In this document: positions 29,167 to 38,589 of the stretch, piece by piece
Layout: every line of letters starts with the position of its first letter
Numbering within the stretch: the stretch's first letter is position 1
DNA from: Sphaerochaeta sp. Phil3
Lineage (GTDB): Bacteria > Spirochaetota > Spirochaetia > Sphaerochaetales > Sphaerochaetaceae
Reading direction: 5' to 3'
Length of the DNA: 64,000 nucleotides
NCBI GenBank assembly: GCA_001940825.1
Contig: MSGT01000061.1
Span: forward strand, 1,887-65,886
The notes under the pieces: generated by a model
What the model saw: the letters and a program-made list of their open reading frames with translations, nothing else
The model's database searches: none
What the model was told of the DNA's origin: nothing
Position numbers and translations under genes: made by a program

Positions 29167-29784
29167 ATGTTTATGGCACTTAAAGGGTTAAAAGGTTATA
29201 GGGCAAAGTTCGTTGCTATGCTTTTGGTCGGAGTCCTTGTTGTAGGACTTGGGATTCTCATAATCACGCATTCTGATTCCTTCATAAAGATAATGATGAT
29301 AGCTTCTGGAATTGGTGCTCTGTGCGATGGCCTCTATACACTGTTCAACATAAAGCGCTGGCATTTTGCCTCTGCAACCAAGACCCTTGCAATCGTCAAG
29401 GGTGTGCTGACGACCCTTGTGGGCCTTGCCGCCATCCTTGTTCCAATGTTCGTTGCACAGACTGCCATGACTGTACTTGTCTATGCGTTTGCAATCTGCC
29501 TTGTGTTCTCTGCGTTCGTTTCATTCGAGAACGCTGCAATGGCCCGTTCGTTCATTCCTGGAATCTCCACCAGCCACTTCTTCGTTGAGGCTGTGGTTAG
29601 CATTCTGGTTGCAATCATCCTGTTTGCAAAGCCAACGGCGGTGCTTACGACCTTTGCTGTCGTAGTGGGTGTCATTGTGGCATTGCTGGGTGTTGGTGTT
29701 TTCGTATGGGCTTTCAGATTCCTCAAGCTCGCGAAGAACGCCACTGTCATTGAAGTCGAGGCCACGGTCAAAGACGCAGAGTAA
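29167..29784 (+). CDS. HdeD/DUF308-like polytopic membrane protein
   Basis: Six hydrophobic helices with repeated G-rich helix pairs. Only a family-level guess. Confidence 0.45.
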   Translation: MFMALKGLKGYRAKFVAMLLVGVLVVGLGILIITHSDSFIKIMMIASGIGALCDGLYTLFNIKRWHFASATKTLAIVKGVLTTLVGLAAILVPMFVAQTAMTVLVYAFAICLVFSAFVSFENAAMARSFIPGISTSHFFVEAVVSILVAIILFAKPTAVLTTFAVVVGVIVALLGVGVFVWAFRFLKLAKNATVIEVEATVKDAE

Positions 29785-29831
29785 CTGGCTTCAACTGTAG
29801 CAGTTCGCCAAGGTTTGTTGTTCTTGGTTCG

Positions 29832-30644
29832 TCATTTTAGAAGCCTTTTGATGATTTTCTCTATATAGTTCGTATCAAGTGGATATTCCTTCGTCTCATA
29901 GGTGATTATAAGGTCTTTGCCTTGGATGTACCCCATGTCCGTGTAGTCCCTTATCTTCTTCATGTTCCTGTTGCAGTACGTTGGATCGTCCATCATTCCA
30001 AGATGCTCCCAAAAGAAGTTCTCCTTCGTTCTTTTGTTGAGGACGTAGAAGTCAGGGCAGAGGGTTGGTCTTCCAGTCAGCATTACCATGGGTTCATAGT
30101 GGTATGGTACCCCTCTGGCGAAGAGTCTGTCTGCAATTAGAGCTTCGCTCTTTGATCTGACATATTCGCCTCTGAGGGTTTTGCATGGATGCTTCTTTTC
30201 CATGCTGTTGGTAAGCAGCTTCTTCGACTGCCATTTTGCCGCATATTCTTCGTTTTCATCCATCCTGGGCTTTATATGCTGTTTCAGCTCCTTTGGCATG
30301 TCGTCGTAGATGTGTGCAAGGTCTTTCCTGTCTTTTAGTTTTTCAAGAGGTTTCAGACTCTTTTCAATGGCGTTGATCCTTTCCCTTATGGTTTTTGCCA
30401 TTTGCTCATCGTAGCGTTTCTGGGCAAGTCTGGAGAGAAGTTCCGTTTTTGAGCTGTTGAGGTATTCGATGGGAGTGTTGCCTTTTATGTAGCGGTAGTA
30501 TCGTATGTTTTGCTCTGAGACTTTTCGTATTACCAAAGAGCCTTCGATGCCGGGTTCTATTTGGTTCTCTATTTTGGAGAGTAGTTTTTTCTGGCTTCTT
30601 AATTCGGATCTCAAATTTGTTATGATGTTTTCGATATTTGACAT
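29832..30644 (-). CDS. Hypothetical protein: N-terminal coiled coil plus C-terminal PD-(D/E)XK (TnsA/Vsr-like) nuclease-fold signature
   Basis: About 40 % GC gene. The C-terminal half reads RSKSEALIADRLFARGVPYHYEP...CPDFYVLNKRTKENFFWEHLG, an E...PDF...E arrangement like TnsA-N/restriction-endonuclease-like folds. No canonical Lys is seen. Confidence 0.4.
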   Translation of the reverse strand: MSNIENIITNLRSELRSQKKLLSKIENQIEPGIEGSLVIRKVSEQNIRYYRYIKGNTPIEYLNSSKTELLSRLAQKRYDEQMAKTIRERINAIEKSLKPLEKLKDRKDLAHIYDDMPKELKQHIKPRMDENEEYAAKWQSKKLLTNSMEKKHPCKTLRGEYVRSKSEALIADRLFARGVPYHYEPMVMLTGRPTLCPDFYVLNKRTKENFFWEHLGMMDDPTYCNRNMKKIRDYTDMGYIQGKDLIITYETKEYPLDTNYIEKIIKRLLK

Positions 30645-30723
30645 AAATTTACGCTTTTTCCTTGTTTGTGTGCACGAAAATGCCTAGAAACGGTAGAAAA
30701 TGCTGTTTTATAGGCATTCTTTC

Positions 30724-31455
30724 CTACGGAACTACGAACTCGCCGCTTTCAAGCATGGATCTGTAGCTGTCAGCGGAGAAGATTATGTGGTCCAGCACCT
30801 CGATTCCCAGCAAAGCGCCGGCTTTGCGCAGCCTTGAGGTGATGGACAGGTCGTCGCTGGAGGGGAGGAGGTTGCCTGAAGGGTGGTTGTGAGCCAAGAC
30901 TATTGAGGTAGCCCTCTCCTTGATTGGGCCTGCAAAAACTTCGCGGGGGTGGACAAGCGTTCGATTCACCAAGCCTACGGTCACTACGTTTATGCCAATG
31001 AGTTCGTTGGCTCCGTTGAGCATTATGCATAGGAAATACTCCTGTGAACGTGTTCCGTAGTGGCGTATGGCATCGAAGATGTTCTGCGGACTACGCATGT
31101 TCTTCCATCCACTATAGGTCATGCGTCTTCCAAACTCCAGACACGCGCATATCGACGCTGCCTTTGCTAGTCCAAGGCCTGGAACGTTTGAAAGGTCTGT
31201 AGGGGTTACTCCTGCGCCGCCTTTGAGGTCTATCGTCTCCAGAATGTCCAAGGCTATATCCTGTACCGGACGGTTTTTTCCGCCGGAACCAAGGATTATG
31301 CATAAAAGCTCGATGTCGCTTATGCCTTTTGGCCCTTTTTCCTGAATGCGTTCGCGAGGCCGTTCATTGGCTGGCATTTCCTTGATTGATTTGAATTCTA
31401 TTGGTCTGCTTTTGTACTTCATACTAAATGAATACAAATTACCAATCATTTCCAT
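30724..31455 (-). CDS. radC: RadC-like JAB/MPN domain protein
   Basis: HhH-like N-terminus (ISDIELLCIILGSG) and JAMM motif VLAHNHPSGNLLPSSDD. Confidence 0.85.
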   Translation of the reverse strand: MEMIGNLYSFSMKYKSRPIEFKSIKEMPANERPRERIQEKGPKGISDIELLCIILGSGGKNRPVQDIALDILETIDLKGGAGVTPTDLSNVPGLGLAKAASICACLEFGRRMTYSGWKNMRSPQNIFDAIRHYGTRSQEYFLCIMLNGANELIGINVVTVGLVNRTLVHPREVFAGPIKERATSIVLAHNHPSGNLLPSSDDLSITSRLRKAGALLGIEVLDHIIFSADSYRSMLESGEFVVP

Positions 31456-31477
31456 TCACGGTTTTTGAAAAGATTCT

Positions 31478-31518
31478 GGAAAAATAGAAAAAATCACCTT
31501 CCAAAAGCTGGAAGGTGA
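31478..31518 (-). terminator. Rho-independent terminator of the lipoprotein/fusion operon
   Basis: TCACCTTCCA-AAAGC-TGGAAGGTGA (31494-31518), followed on the minus strand by a T-rich run (plus-strand A-run 31478-31493). Confidence 0.6.
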
Positions 31519-31546
31519 CCGCTGTAATGTGTCTTAAGCGAAATGC

Positions 31547-32527
31547 TTAGTCCAGTTCGTCTATGAAGGCATCGGCCCAAACGTTCGTGCCGTTCACTTT
31601 GACGGAGACGGAACTCTCATCAAGCAGATTGACCAGCTTTTCTATGTTCAGGTCTATTATGCCAGTTATTGGCTTGAGCAGACCGAACGTCATTGATGCT
31701 TCTATGGCAAGTTCCTTTTCAGTTGCACCACTATCATCACGTTCAATGTAGTTGAAGTTGAAGATTGTCACAAGCTTATTGTTATCAATCTTTAGCAGAG
31801 CTGTGCCGGTGATTTCTTCGTCATCATCTTTTATTTCAACTGATACTGTCGTTTCTTTGTCGGAAATCAGCGTTTCTAGGTCGATTTTAACGGAGCCTTC
31901 TCCCATCTTCTCGAAGAACTCTTCGATTGCATCTGCTGCATCGTCTGCGGCATCTAGCATCCTTTCAAGCTCAGAGTTGTCGAAGAATGTTCCGTCGATT
32001 TCAATCCACTTGTCGTCCTCATCCTTCTTTATCTCGATGGTCTTTCCATCAAGCATGATTTCAATGTCGAGGGAGGAGATGTGCGACACGCCATTCTCAT
32101 CCACCCTGTATTTCACATATGAACCAGCCTCCACAGCCACTTCCACGTCTTGTGGAAGAGAAGCTGCAAGCGCAGTGTAGAAGGCTTGCTCTTCTGGACT
32201 TGCGTCTGGTGCGGCAGCCTTGGCCTCAAGCTGGCTCCTAATTTCAGAAGTTTTGATTGTTTTCTTTCCGTCGAATACGACTCTGTATTCTCCTGCGATG
32301 CTCTTTGCACTTGAAACAGCTTCTTCTGGATTTGCGACTGCATACGCCTCAACGACCGCCATACCTTCCAAGGCCTTGCTGTTGGATTTGTATTCCGCAC
32401 TTGTCATGGACTTCTTGGTCTGAGCCGTCTTTCCATCTGGAACCGTGCTGGGGTCACAGGAAATTGCCAGACCCACAACGAGTGACAAAGCCAAGACAAT
32501 GCCGATAATTCTGAATGCTTTTTTCAT
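31547..32527 (-). CDS. Acidic lipoprotein, function unknown
   Basis: MKKAFRIIGIVLALSLVVGLAISC lipobox after AAGGAGA. The mature part is rich in D/E. Confidence 0.6.
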   Translation of the reverse strand: MKKAFRIIGIVLALSLVVGLAISCDPSTVPDGKTAQTKKSMTSAEYKSNSKALEGMAVVEAYAVANPEEAVSSAKSIAGEYRVVFDGKKTIKTSEIRSQLEAKAAAPDASPEEQAFYTALAASLPQDVEVAVEAGSYVKYRVDENGVSHISSLDIEIMLDGKTIEIKKDEDDKWIEIDGTFFDNSELERMLDAADDAADAIEEFFEKMGEGSVKIDLETLISDKETTVSVEIKDDDEEITGTALLKIDNNKLVTIFNFNYIERDDSGATEKELAIEASMTFGLLKPITGIIDLNIEKLVNLLDESSVSVKVNGTNVWADAFIDELD

Positions 32528-32623
32528 TGCGTTTCTCCTTTTTTTGTAGTCAAGGGTATCGTTCCCTGACTTGGTAACAAACCAAAGAAGCAAAGGTTGC
32601 AAATTTTTAGTAAACGCAAAACC

Positions 32624-35600
32624 CTAAAAAGCAATGTAGCTTAGTGAATCCTCTATAGTGATATCCAACAGGTCGTTCAAAGAATCCAACGAGATGGGTT
32701 CTTCCAAAAGCTCTGCGGTGGAGACAGGGTACTTCCCACGAGAGTTCTCGCGAAAGAGATACGTCAATCCCAAGGTCATGTAGTTTGTCTTTGACTCGAT
32801 GATTGAAGCTTCCTTCCCAAACATGCCCAGTTCCCTTAGGCTTCCGGCAAGGCCTTTTGCCATTTGCTTGAGGTAGGTTGGCTGAAAGTATCCACCAAAG
32901 ACAGTGAAGTCTCGAAGAAAATGGATTTCAAGGAAGCACAGAAAGAGTCCTGGCAACAGCGTAAGCCTTTCCAGTTCATCCAATATGGCTTCCTTGGTAA
33001 ATGGTATGCTGACCTCTTCTTCCAACGAATTCCTTCCATTGAGGAACGCTTCGCCGTTCTTCTCCGTAAGTCTAAGTGGAAAGAGTATATGACGGCTGTC
33101 CAAACCCCAGAAGAAATGGGTGCCGCCAGTGTCTTCCGTCCAACAGCCGGAGACGCCATTAAGGTTTTGGAGTATATGTACCCTGAGCTCATCGCAGAAC
33201 AGGATGTTGTATAGGATTCCGTCTTCGTGACGAAGGTCCCTGACGAGGAGACGCGTTGCAAGCGTTTCGAGCGGCATCCAAAGATACAGGGCCTTGTTGT
33301 CCTTGAAGTACCTTTCTGAAAGCATTGCGTTTATTACGGTCGTCTGTTCCCTAAGGGTGTCGTACTTCAAGACTTCGTTTGACAGAAGTATATCGTTGCA
33401 CAAGGAGTCCAATGTATCTCCCATGCGGGGGCCAAAGGTCCCTTGATGCATTTCCTTGCCAATCCTATCCTTCACTCTAGCCACCATCTCAGAAGTGATT
33501 CCCTCAAGCGTGGCGACGCACTGCCTTGTCAGTTTCCAATGGTATATAGGTAGTCTGAAGAATCTTTGCGGGAGGGAGCAATCATATATCAGCATCCCTC
33601 TTGGATAGACCGTGTTGCTGATGCTTACGTTGGATGCAGCGAAGAACGGAGTGATGGAATCTTCCTCTTTTTGCATTCCCATCCACATGTAATACAGGAT
33701 CGTTTCCTGGACGGTCATGAATTCGAATGCGGGATGATGATGGTTCGAAGTTGAGATGCAGTGGCTGTGTTCGATTGCAAGGGAGGCTTTCCTTGCAATC
33801 TCGTTGCCAAAGAAAGGTGTGAAATAGGATTGGGTCTCTTCCAACAGGTCCTTTGATGGCATGATGTCTGGAAGTGGGCTATGGCGTGTTTTCCTCAAAT
33901 AATCAAGGATTGTCGTTCCTCCCTCCTGTGCAACCAGGTTTGCGACCGCTGGATACCTTTGGCAGAGTAGGGCTGTGTTCTCATTCTTCTCTCCCTCATT
34001 CCTTGCATCCCCATCCCCAGTATCCTCAAGCTTTATGGAGAGCACCGTATTGTTCATGTTCATGATGCGCATATACGATTTTTGGCTTGTAAGCTTCTCC
34101 AAAAGGTTTATGTTGTTGAGCCTAAGGATGTCGTTCTCATCTACGAACGCCAAGGGATTGAACGGAGAGCCATTGTCTCTGATGCGTACCAGAAGACAGC
34201 CGTTCTCCAAAAGCAGGCATATGTCTATCATATCCACGTCCTTGTTCTGGTTTATGATATAAAGGACAGCTTCCTCGAAGGCAATGGCCAGGAGGGTTCC
34301 CTTCCTGCGTGAAATGCCGTTCTTCAAACAAAAGCTCTCGATCTCCTGGTGTACGTCTGCAACGTTTTTGGCATCTCCTGCAATGGAGAACGTATGGCAG
34401 TCCGGTGCAACGAAGTCCTTCATGTCTATGAGTGCTATGTTCTTGTATTTGTGCTTCTCAATGGCAAAGATGAGGCCTAGCGACAACAGTTCGACCATGA
34501 AGCACCATACGGCCACAACTGGAAGGCTTGCAAGATGCAGCCTGGCTATTGCAAAGGCGCACAGGAGAAGAAGCAGTACCCTGAACACCACATTCTGGAA
34601 CGCCAGGAGCGTAACCGACAGCTGCTGCCTTTGGATGCTTGGATAGAAACGGGAAAGGATGTCGTTGAGCCAAAAGACTGGAAGGCTGAGCAGCATGATT
34701 CTGAATGCAAGCAAGGTGTCGTTCAGAGGCTCAATGCCGTAGGAGAGAAGGAATTGCCTTGAAATGAAAAACAGAACCATCTCCATCACTACAAGCAGGG
34801 AATAGGTGTATCTTAGCAGAATGGACATCATCTTCCTGAGTCCAAAGAAGTCACGCTCCCCGTAGAGCATGCTTCCAAGGGTGGAGATCGTCTGCAAGGC
34901 CCCTCCTGCGATGATCTTCAGGATGAACTTCAACCTGCCGTACACGGCATAGAGGGCGACTCCAACGTTTCCAACGAAATACACCAGCGTGACATTCACG
35001 ATCAAGCCAGAGACGATTCTGCTCACCTTGTCAACGGCAAAGGAAGTGCTTGAAGCCAGCAGTTCCTTGCAGGTGTCCTTCAATTCAGAGAGGTTTAGCT
35101 CGAAGCGAAATGTTCTGCTCTTTGAAAAAAGGTACGGCAGACATACGAGTATTCCCATTGCGTTTCCAACCAAGGATGCCAGAGACGCACCTGCGACCCC
35201 AAAGTCCAGAACCCTCATGAAAACTATATCAAGACCGATATTGACGACATTCGCCGTTACAACGGATCCCATGGCCAGATTGGAATGGTTGTCCAGGACG
35301 GCGAATCCTGATAGGACGAGTTCGATTCCAACGAATGGAGATGCGGCTAGGCAAAAGAAGGCGTATCTTGCCACATCGCCTGAAATTGCGCCGTTGTTGG
35401 CCAAGGCTCTGCCAAAGAAACCGCAGAAAGGCAGCAGACACCAGCAGAGGAGGCTGGCTGCAATCGTGAGGATGAAGGAGAGCGTAAACACCTGGTTCGC
35501 CTTGCTGAACTTGCGTTTTCCAAGAAGTATCCCTGCAAGTATTGGACCACCTGATGAAAGGACAAAGCCCGGGAACTCCGCCAAATCCACGAAGCTGTCG

Positions 35601-35767
35601 CACAGCGCGGCTGCGGCAACGGCATTGGCCCCTAGAATCCAGCCAATGAGCATGAAGTCCACGACAAGGACAAGATAGGATGATGCTGTCACGACGGTCC
35701 CCACGCCAAAGAACTCCCTTGTCTTTCTTCGTATGATCACTTCGTTTCTATGGTATGAGTAGTCCAT
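32624..35767 (-). CDS. Three-part fusion: MATE-like polytopic membrane domain + RsbW/SpoIIAB-like HATPase domain + about 430-aa C-terminal domain of unknown family
   Basis: Start MDYSYHR at 35767 after GGAGGG. Residues ~30-460 are about 12 TM helices. Residues ~480-610 read GTLLAIAFEEAVLYIINQNKDVDMIDICLLLENGCLLVRIRDNGSPFNPL, an anti-sigma-factor-kinase-like ATPase fold. I do not recognise the remainder. Confidence 0.55.
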   Translation of the reverse strand: MDYSYHRNEVIIRRKTREFFGVGTVVTASSYLVLVVDFMLIGWILGANAVAAAALCDSFVDLAEFPGFVLSSGGPILAGILLGKRKFSKANQVFTLSFILTIAASLLCWCLLPFCGFFGRALANNGAISGDVARYAFFCLAASPFVGIELVLSGFAVLDNHSNLAMGSVVTANVVNIGLDIVFMRVLDFGVAGASLASLVGNAMGILVCLPYLFSKSRTFRFELNLSELKDTCKELLASSTSFAVDKVSRIVSGLIVNVTLVYFVGNVGVALYAVYGRLKFILKIIAGGALQTISTLGSMLYGERDFFGLRKMMSILLRYTYSLLVVMEMVLFFISRQFLLSYGIEPLNDTLLAFRIMLLSLPVFWLNDILSRFYPSIQRQQLSVTLLAFQNVVFRVLLLLLCAFAIARLHLASLPVVAVWCFMVELLSLGLIFAIEKHKYKNIALIDMKDFVAPDCHTFSIAGDAKNVADVHQEIESFCLKNGISRRKGTLLAIAFEEAVLYIINQNKDVDMIDICLLLENGCLLVRIRDNGSPFNPLAFVDENDILRLNNINLLEKLTSQKSYMRIMNMNNTVLSIKLEDTGDGDARNEGEKNENTALLCQRYPAVANLVAQEGGTTILDYLRKTRHSPLPDIMPSKDLLEETQSYFTPFFGNEIARKASLAIEHSHCISTSNHHHPAFEFMTVQETILYYMWMGMQKEEDSITPFFAASNVSISNTVYPRGMLIYDCSLPQRFFRLPIYHWKLTRQCVATLEGITSEMVARVKDRIGKEMHQGTFGPRMGDTLDSLCNDILLSNEVLKYDTLREQTTVINAMLSERYFKDNKALYLWMPLETLATRLLVRDLRHEDGILYNILFCDELRVHILQNLNGVSGCWTEDTGGTHFFWGLDSRHILFPLRLTEKNGEAFLNGRNSLEEEVSIPFTKEAILDELERLTLLPGLFLCFLEIHFLRDFTVFGGYFQPTYLKQMAKGLAGSLRELGMFGKEASIIESKTNYMTLGLTYLFRENSRGKYPVSTAELLEEPISLDSLNDLLDITIEDSLSYIAF

Positions 35768-35780
35768 TTTTTCCCTCCGG

Positions 35781-37142
35781 TTAGGCCTTATCCGTCCCAG
35801 GATATCGTTTTCTGTAGAAATACAGCATCTCGTTGGATGCATATCCTTTGTCTATGTCGTCCATGGCGCGCTCCAATAGTTCAAAGCCTTTTTCAAGGTT
35901 CTCCTTGCTGATTGAAAGGGGTGGTTGGAGCCTTATGGTGTTTCCCGCAACGGTGATGATCAAAAGGCCAAGTTCATAGCATCTGAAGACGATCTTGAAG
36001 GCTGTGAACCTGTCTGGTTTGTTCGTCGTTTTGTCGAATACCTGAAGTCCATAGGAAAAGCCTGTACCGGAAAGGATGAGCTTTGTCTTCCATTTGTCTT
36101 TGCCTGCCAGGTTTCCCGCCAGGCTTTCGAACAGACGGCTCTTTTCGTCCAGCATGGTTCTGAAGGACTTTTGGCCCATGTAGTCGAATTGGGCTATCCC
36201 AGCGGCGCACGCAAGATGGTACCCCGCCATGGTGGATGCGCATACGGTTGCGCTGAGGCTGTCTATGATTTCGCTTCTGGCCATGAAGCCTCCCAAAGGG
36301 AAACCTGCACCCAGCGATTTGCCCATTATGATTCCGTCTGGAACCAGACCGTAACGGTCTATGCTGAACCAACTGCCGCTTCTGAAGAAAGCCTGCTGAA
36401 CCTCATCGCATATGAAGAGGATTCCATGTTCCTTGCAGAACCCATATAGCTGACGCATGAACTCCTTATTGGCGGGGCGAAGCCCTCCATCACCTTGGAT
36501 GGGTTCGATGAAGACTGCAGCTATTTCTTCAGGGGAAAGGCCTTTCTTGAAGGCCTCATTCATCTCGAACAGGTAGTCGCCGTCAGGAGGAACCGGGTCG
36601 TTTTCATGGAAATAGTGGAAACGATGGATGTTCGACAGAGGTGGAAGCTCCTCACCCTCCATGTCCGATAGGTTGGATGAGGCAAAGGTGTTGCCGTGGA
36701 ACGATCCTCTGAAGGTTATGAAATGATCTCTTTTCGTATGTGCTTTTGCAAGGCAGTAGGCTATATCGGCGACGTCAGAGCCTGAAAGGGTGAAGAACAC
36801 CTTTGCAGAAATTTCTCCTGGGTATATGGAGGTGAGCCTTTCTGCGTAATCGACCATTGGGCGGTTGAGCGTATAGCAGGTGCAGTACTGGGTGCACTTC
36901 TCCATCTGACGACCAACTGCCTGCCGTATTTGAGGGTTCATTCCTCCCATGTTCAAGGACGAGGCGCTTGAAAGGAAATCTATGTAGCGGTTGCCGTCTA
37001 TGTCTACAATGGTATCGCCTTCCACTGCGTCCACGACGATGGGGAAATACAATATGTGCTGTCCTGATGCGATTACCCCTGCATCTCTTTTTAGTACTTC
37101 AATGCTTTTTCGTTCCATAAAGCCAACCATAAATGATATCAT
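35781..37142 (-). CDS. Class-III (omega) pyridoxal-phosphate aminotransferase
   Basis: ICDEVQQAFFRSGSWFS and MGKSLGAGFPLGG (PLP Lys region). Start chosen at 37142 (GGAGAG upstream), because the longer ORF overlaps the tRNA. Confidence 0.8.
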   Translation of the reverse strand: MISFMVGFMERKSIEVLKRDAGVIASGQHILYFPIVVDAVEGDTIVDIDGNRYIDFLSSASSLNMGGMNPQIRQAVGRQMEKCTQYCTCYTLNRPMVDYAERLTSIYPGEISAKVFFTLSGSDVADIAYCLAKAHTKRDHFITFRGSFHGNTFASSNLSDMEGEELPPLSNIHRFHYFHENDPVPPDGDYLFEMNEAFKKGLSPEEIAAVFIEPIQGDGGLRPANKEFMRQLYGFCKEHGILFICDEVQQAFFRSGSWFSIDRYGLVPDGIIMGKSLGAGFPLGGFMARSEIIDSLSATVCASTMAGYHLACAAGIAQFDYMGQKSFRTMLDEKSRLFESLAGNLAGKDKWKTKLILSGTGFSYGLQVFDKTTNKPDRFTAFKIVFRCYELGLLIITVAGNTIRLQPPLSISKENLEKGFELLERAMDDIDKGYASNEMLYFYRKRYPGTDKA

Positions 37143-37215
37143 GGAGGCTCTCCGCATTCGCAGTGGTTTCCGAAATTGGCTTGAAGGATTCCGAAATTGG
37201 TTGATGCCAGGAAAA

Positions 37216-37287
37216 TAGGTCCAGTGGGAATCGAACCCACATTTCATCCTCCGGAGGGATGCGCCTTATCCATTGGGCTATGGACCC
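37216..37287 (-). tRNA. tRNA-Arg (anticodon CCG)
   Basis: Hand-folded reverse complement GGGTCCATAGCCCAATGGATAAGGCGCATCCCTCCGGAGGATGAAATGTGGGTTCGATTCCCACTGGACCTA. It has a 7-bp acceptor stem (G1-U71 wobble), anticodon stem CATCC/GGATG with loop CTCCGGA, and T-arm GTGGG-TTCGATT-CCCAC. No CCA is encoded. Confidence 0.85.
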
Positions 37288-37367
37288 ATGACGAGTTTTC
37301 CAAAGAGCGTTGCAGCGAATGCGGCAACGTGTGGAATATTAGAACTAAGTTGGTGTATAATCAAGTA

Positions 37368-38522
37368 ATGCTCAAGCAGTTGTTTGTAAAGGACTACAAG
37401 GATACTCAGAACCCCAAGGTGAGGGGACGCTATGCGGATGTGGCTGGTGCTTATGGGGTTGCAACCAACCTTGTGTTGGGTTTGACCAAGCTCTTCGTTG
37501 GGACGGTGTCGCACAGTGTGAGCATCATGGCAGATGCTGCGAACAGCTTGTCGGACTGTGCGACGAGTGTGCTCACCATCATCGGTTTTAGGCTGGCTGG
37601 AAAGAAGCCGGACCACGAGCATCCCTACGGGCATGCAAGATACGAGTACGTGGCGGGTTTCGTGATTGCCCTGTTCATGCTGGCCATGGGCTGCGTGTTC
37701 GCCAAGGAGTCCATTTCAAAGATAATAGCGCCTCAGGATTTGGTGATAAGCCCTCTCACGTACGTGATGCTTTTTCTTGCCATTTTGGGGAAGGTGTCGC
37801 AGGCTTTCGTGTACAACGATTTTGCACGGGCAATTGGTTCCAAGACGCTTGAGGCGAATGCCCAGGATACGAAGAACGACATCGTGTCCTCAAGTGCTAT
37901 ATTCGTTGCCATGGTGGTGATGGGGGTGTTCAATGTGAATGTGGACGGCTACCTTGGCCTTGCGGTGTCTGTGTTCGTGATTGTAAGCAGCATACGCACG
38001 CTGGGGGAGGAGCTTGAGCCAATCATTGGGATTGTGCCTACTCCGCAGAGGGTCAAGGAGATAACGGATGCGCTCAAGTCATACGATGTGGTCATTGGCA
38101 TCCATGACCTTGCAATACACAACTATGGTGTGCACAACGATTTCGTGACGGTGCATGTGGAGGTCGATGCATCGATGAGCATGCTTGAGGCTCATGACAA
38201 GATTGACAACATCGAGCGGGATTTCAAGAACAATATGGGCATCAATCTCACCATACACATGGATCCGGTTATCATTGGAGACCCAAAGCTGGATGCGCTT
38301 AAGAAGCAGATAGCGGATGCACTGTCCAAACTTGACCCCACGCTTCACTTCCACGACATAAGGATGGTGGACGGGCCCTCCCATGCGAACGTGGTTCTGG
38401 ATTGCGAGGTTCCACAGGGCAAGGACTATACCGATACCTTCATAGCCGATTACCTTGACAAAACAGTCAAGGCTGAAAACCCACTGTATTTTATCGTGGA
38501 GATAGACAGGCCATTGTGCTGA
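37368..38522 (+). CDS. Cation diffusion facilitator (CDF) family metal efflux transporter
   Basis: HSVSIMADAANSLSDCATS signature, 6 TM helices and a cytoplasmic C-terminal domain. Start at 37368; the longer ORF overlaps the tRNA. Confidence 0.85.
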   Translation: MLKQLFVKDYKDTQNPKVRGRYADVAGAYGVATNLVLGLTKLFVGTVSHSVSIMADAANSLSDCATSVLTIIGFRLAGKKPDHEHPYGHARYEYVAGFVIALFMLAMGCVFAKESISKIIAPQDLVISPLTYVMLFLAILGKVSQAFVYNDFARAIGSKTLEANAQDTKNDIVSSSAIFVAMVVMGVFNVNVDGYLGLAVSVFVIVSSIRTLGEELEPIIGIVPTPQRVKEITDALKSYDVVIGIHDLAIHNYGVHNDFVTVHVEVDASMSMLEAHDKIDNIERDFKNNMGINLTIHMDPVIIGDPKLDALKKQIADALSKLDPTLHFHDIRMVDGPSHANVVLDCEVPQGKDYTDTFIADYLDKTVKAENPLYFIVEIDRPLC

Positions 38523-38589
38523 AGCTTGAAGTTGGAGTTCCTTTCTGTGATAATAAAGGAAATTGCAGGATAAAAGGAGAAATTGGTAC

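Noticed and set aside
30724-31455. Annotating RadC as a DNA repair protein
   Set aside because: The historical radC repair phenotype was mis-assigned. The sequence supports only a JAB/MPN metalloprotease-like domain with an HhH N-terminus.
37216-37287. tRNA-Arg as an integration site for the prophage or for the 29.8-37.1 kb accessory stretch
   Set aside because: The Mu-type prophage lies 13 kb away and transposes without tRNA attachment. I found no integrase gene and no direct repeat of the tRNA 3' end in the window.
37143-37367. ORF-track extensions of the aminotransferase (to 37247) and of the CDF transporter (from 37197) across this interval
   Set aside because: Both extensions overlap the well-folded tRNA-Arg(CCG) at 37216-37287. 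Internal starts with SD sites or family-typical N-termini exist at 37142 and 37368.
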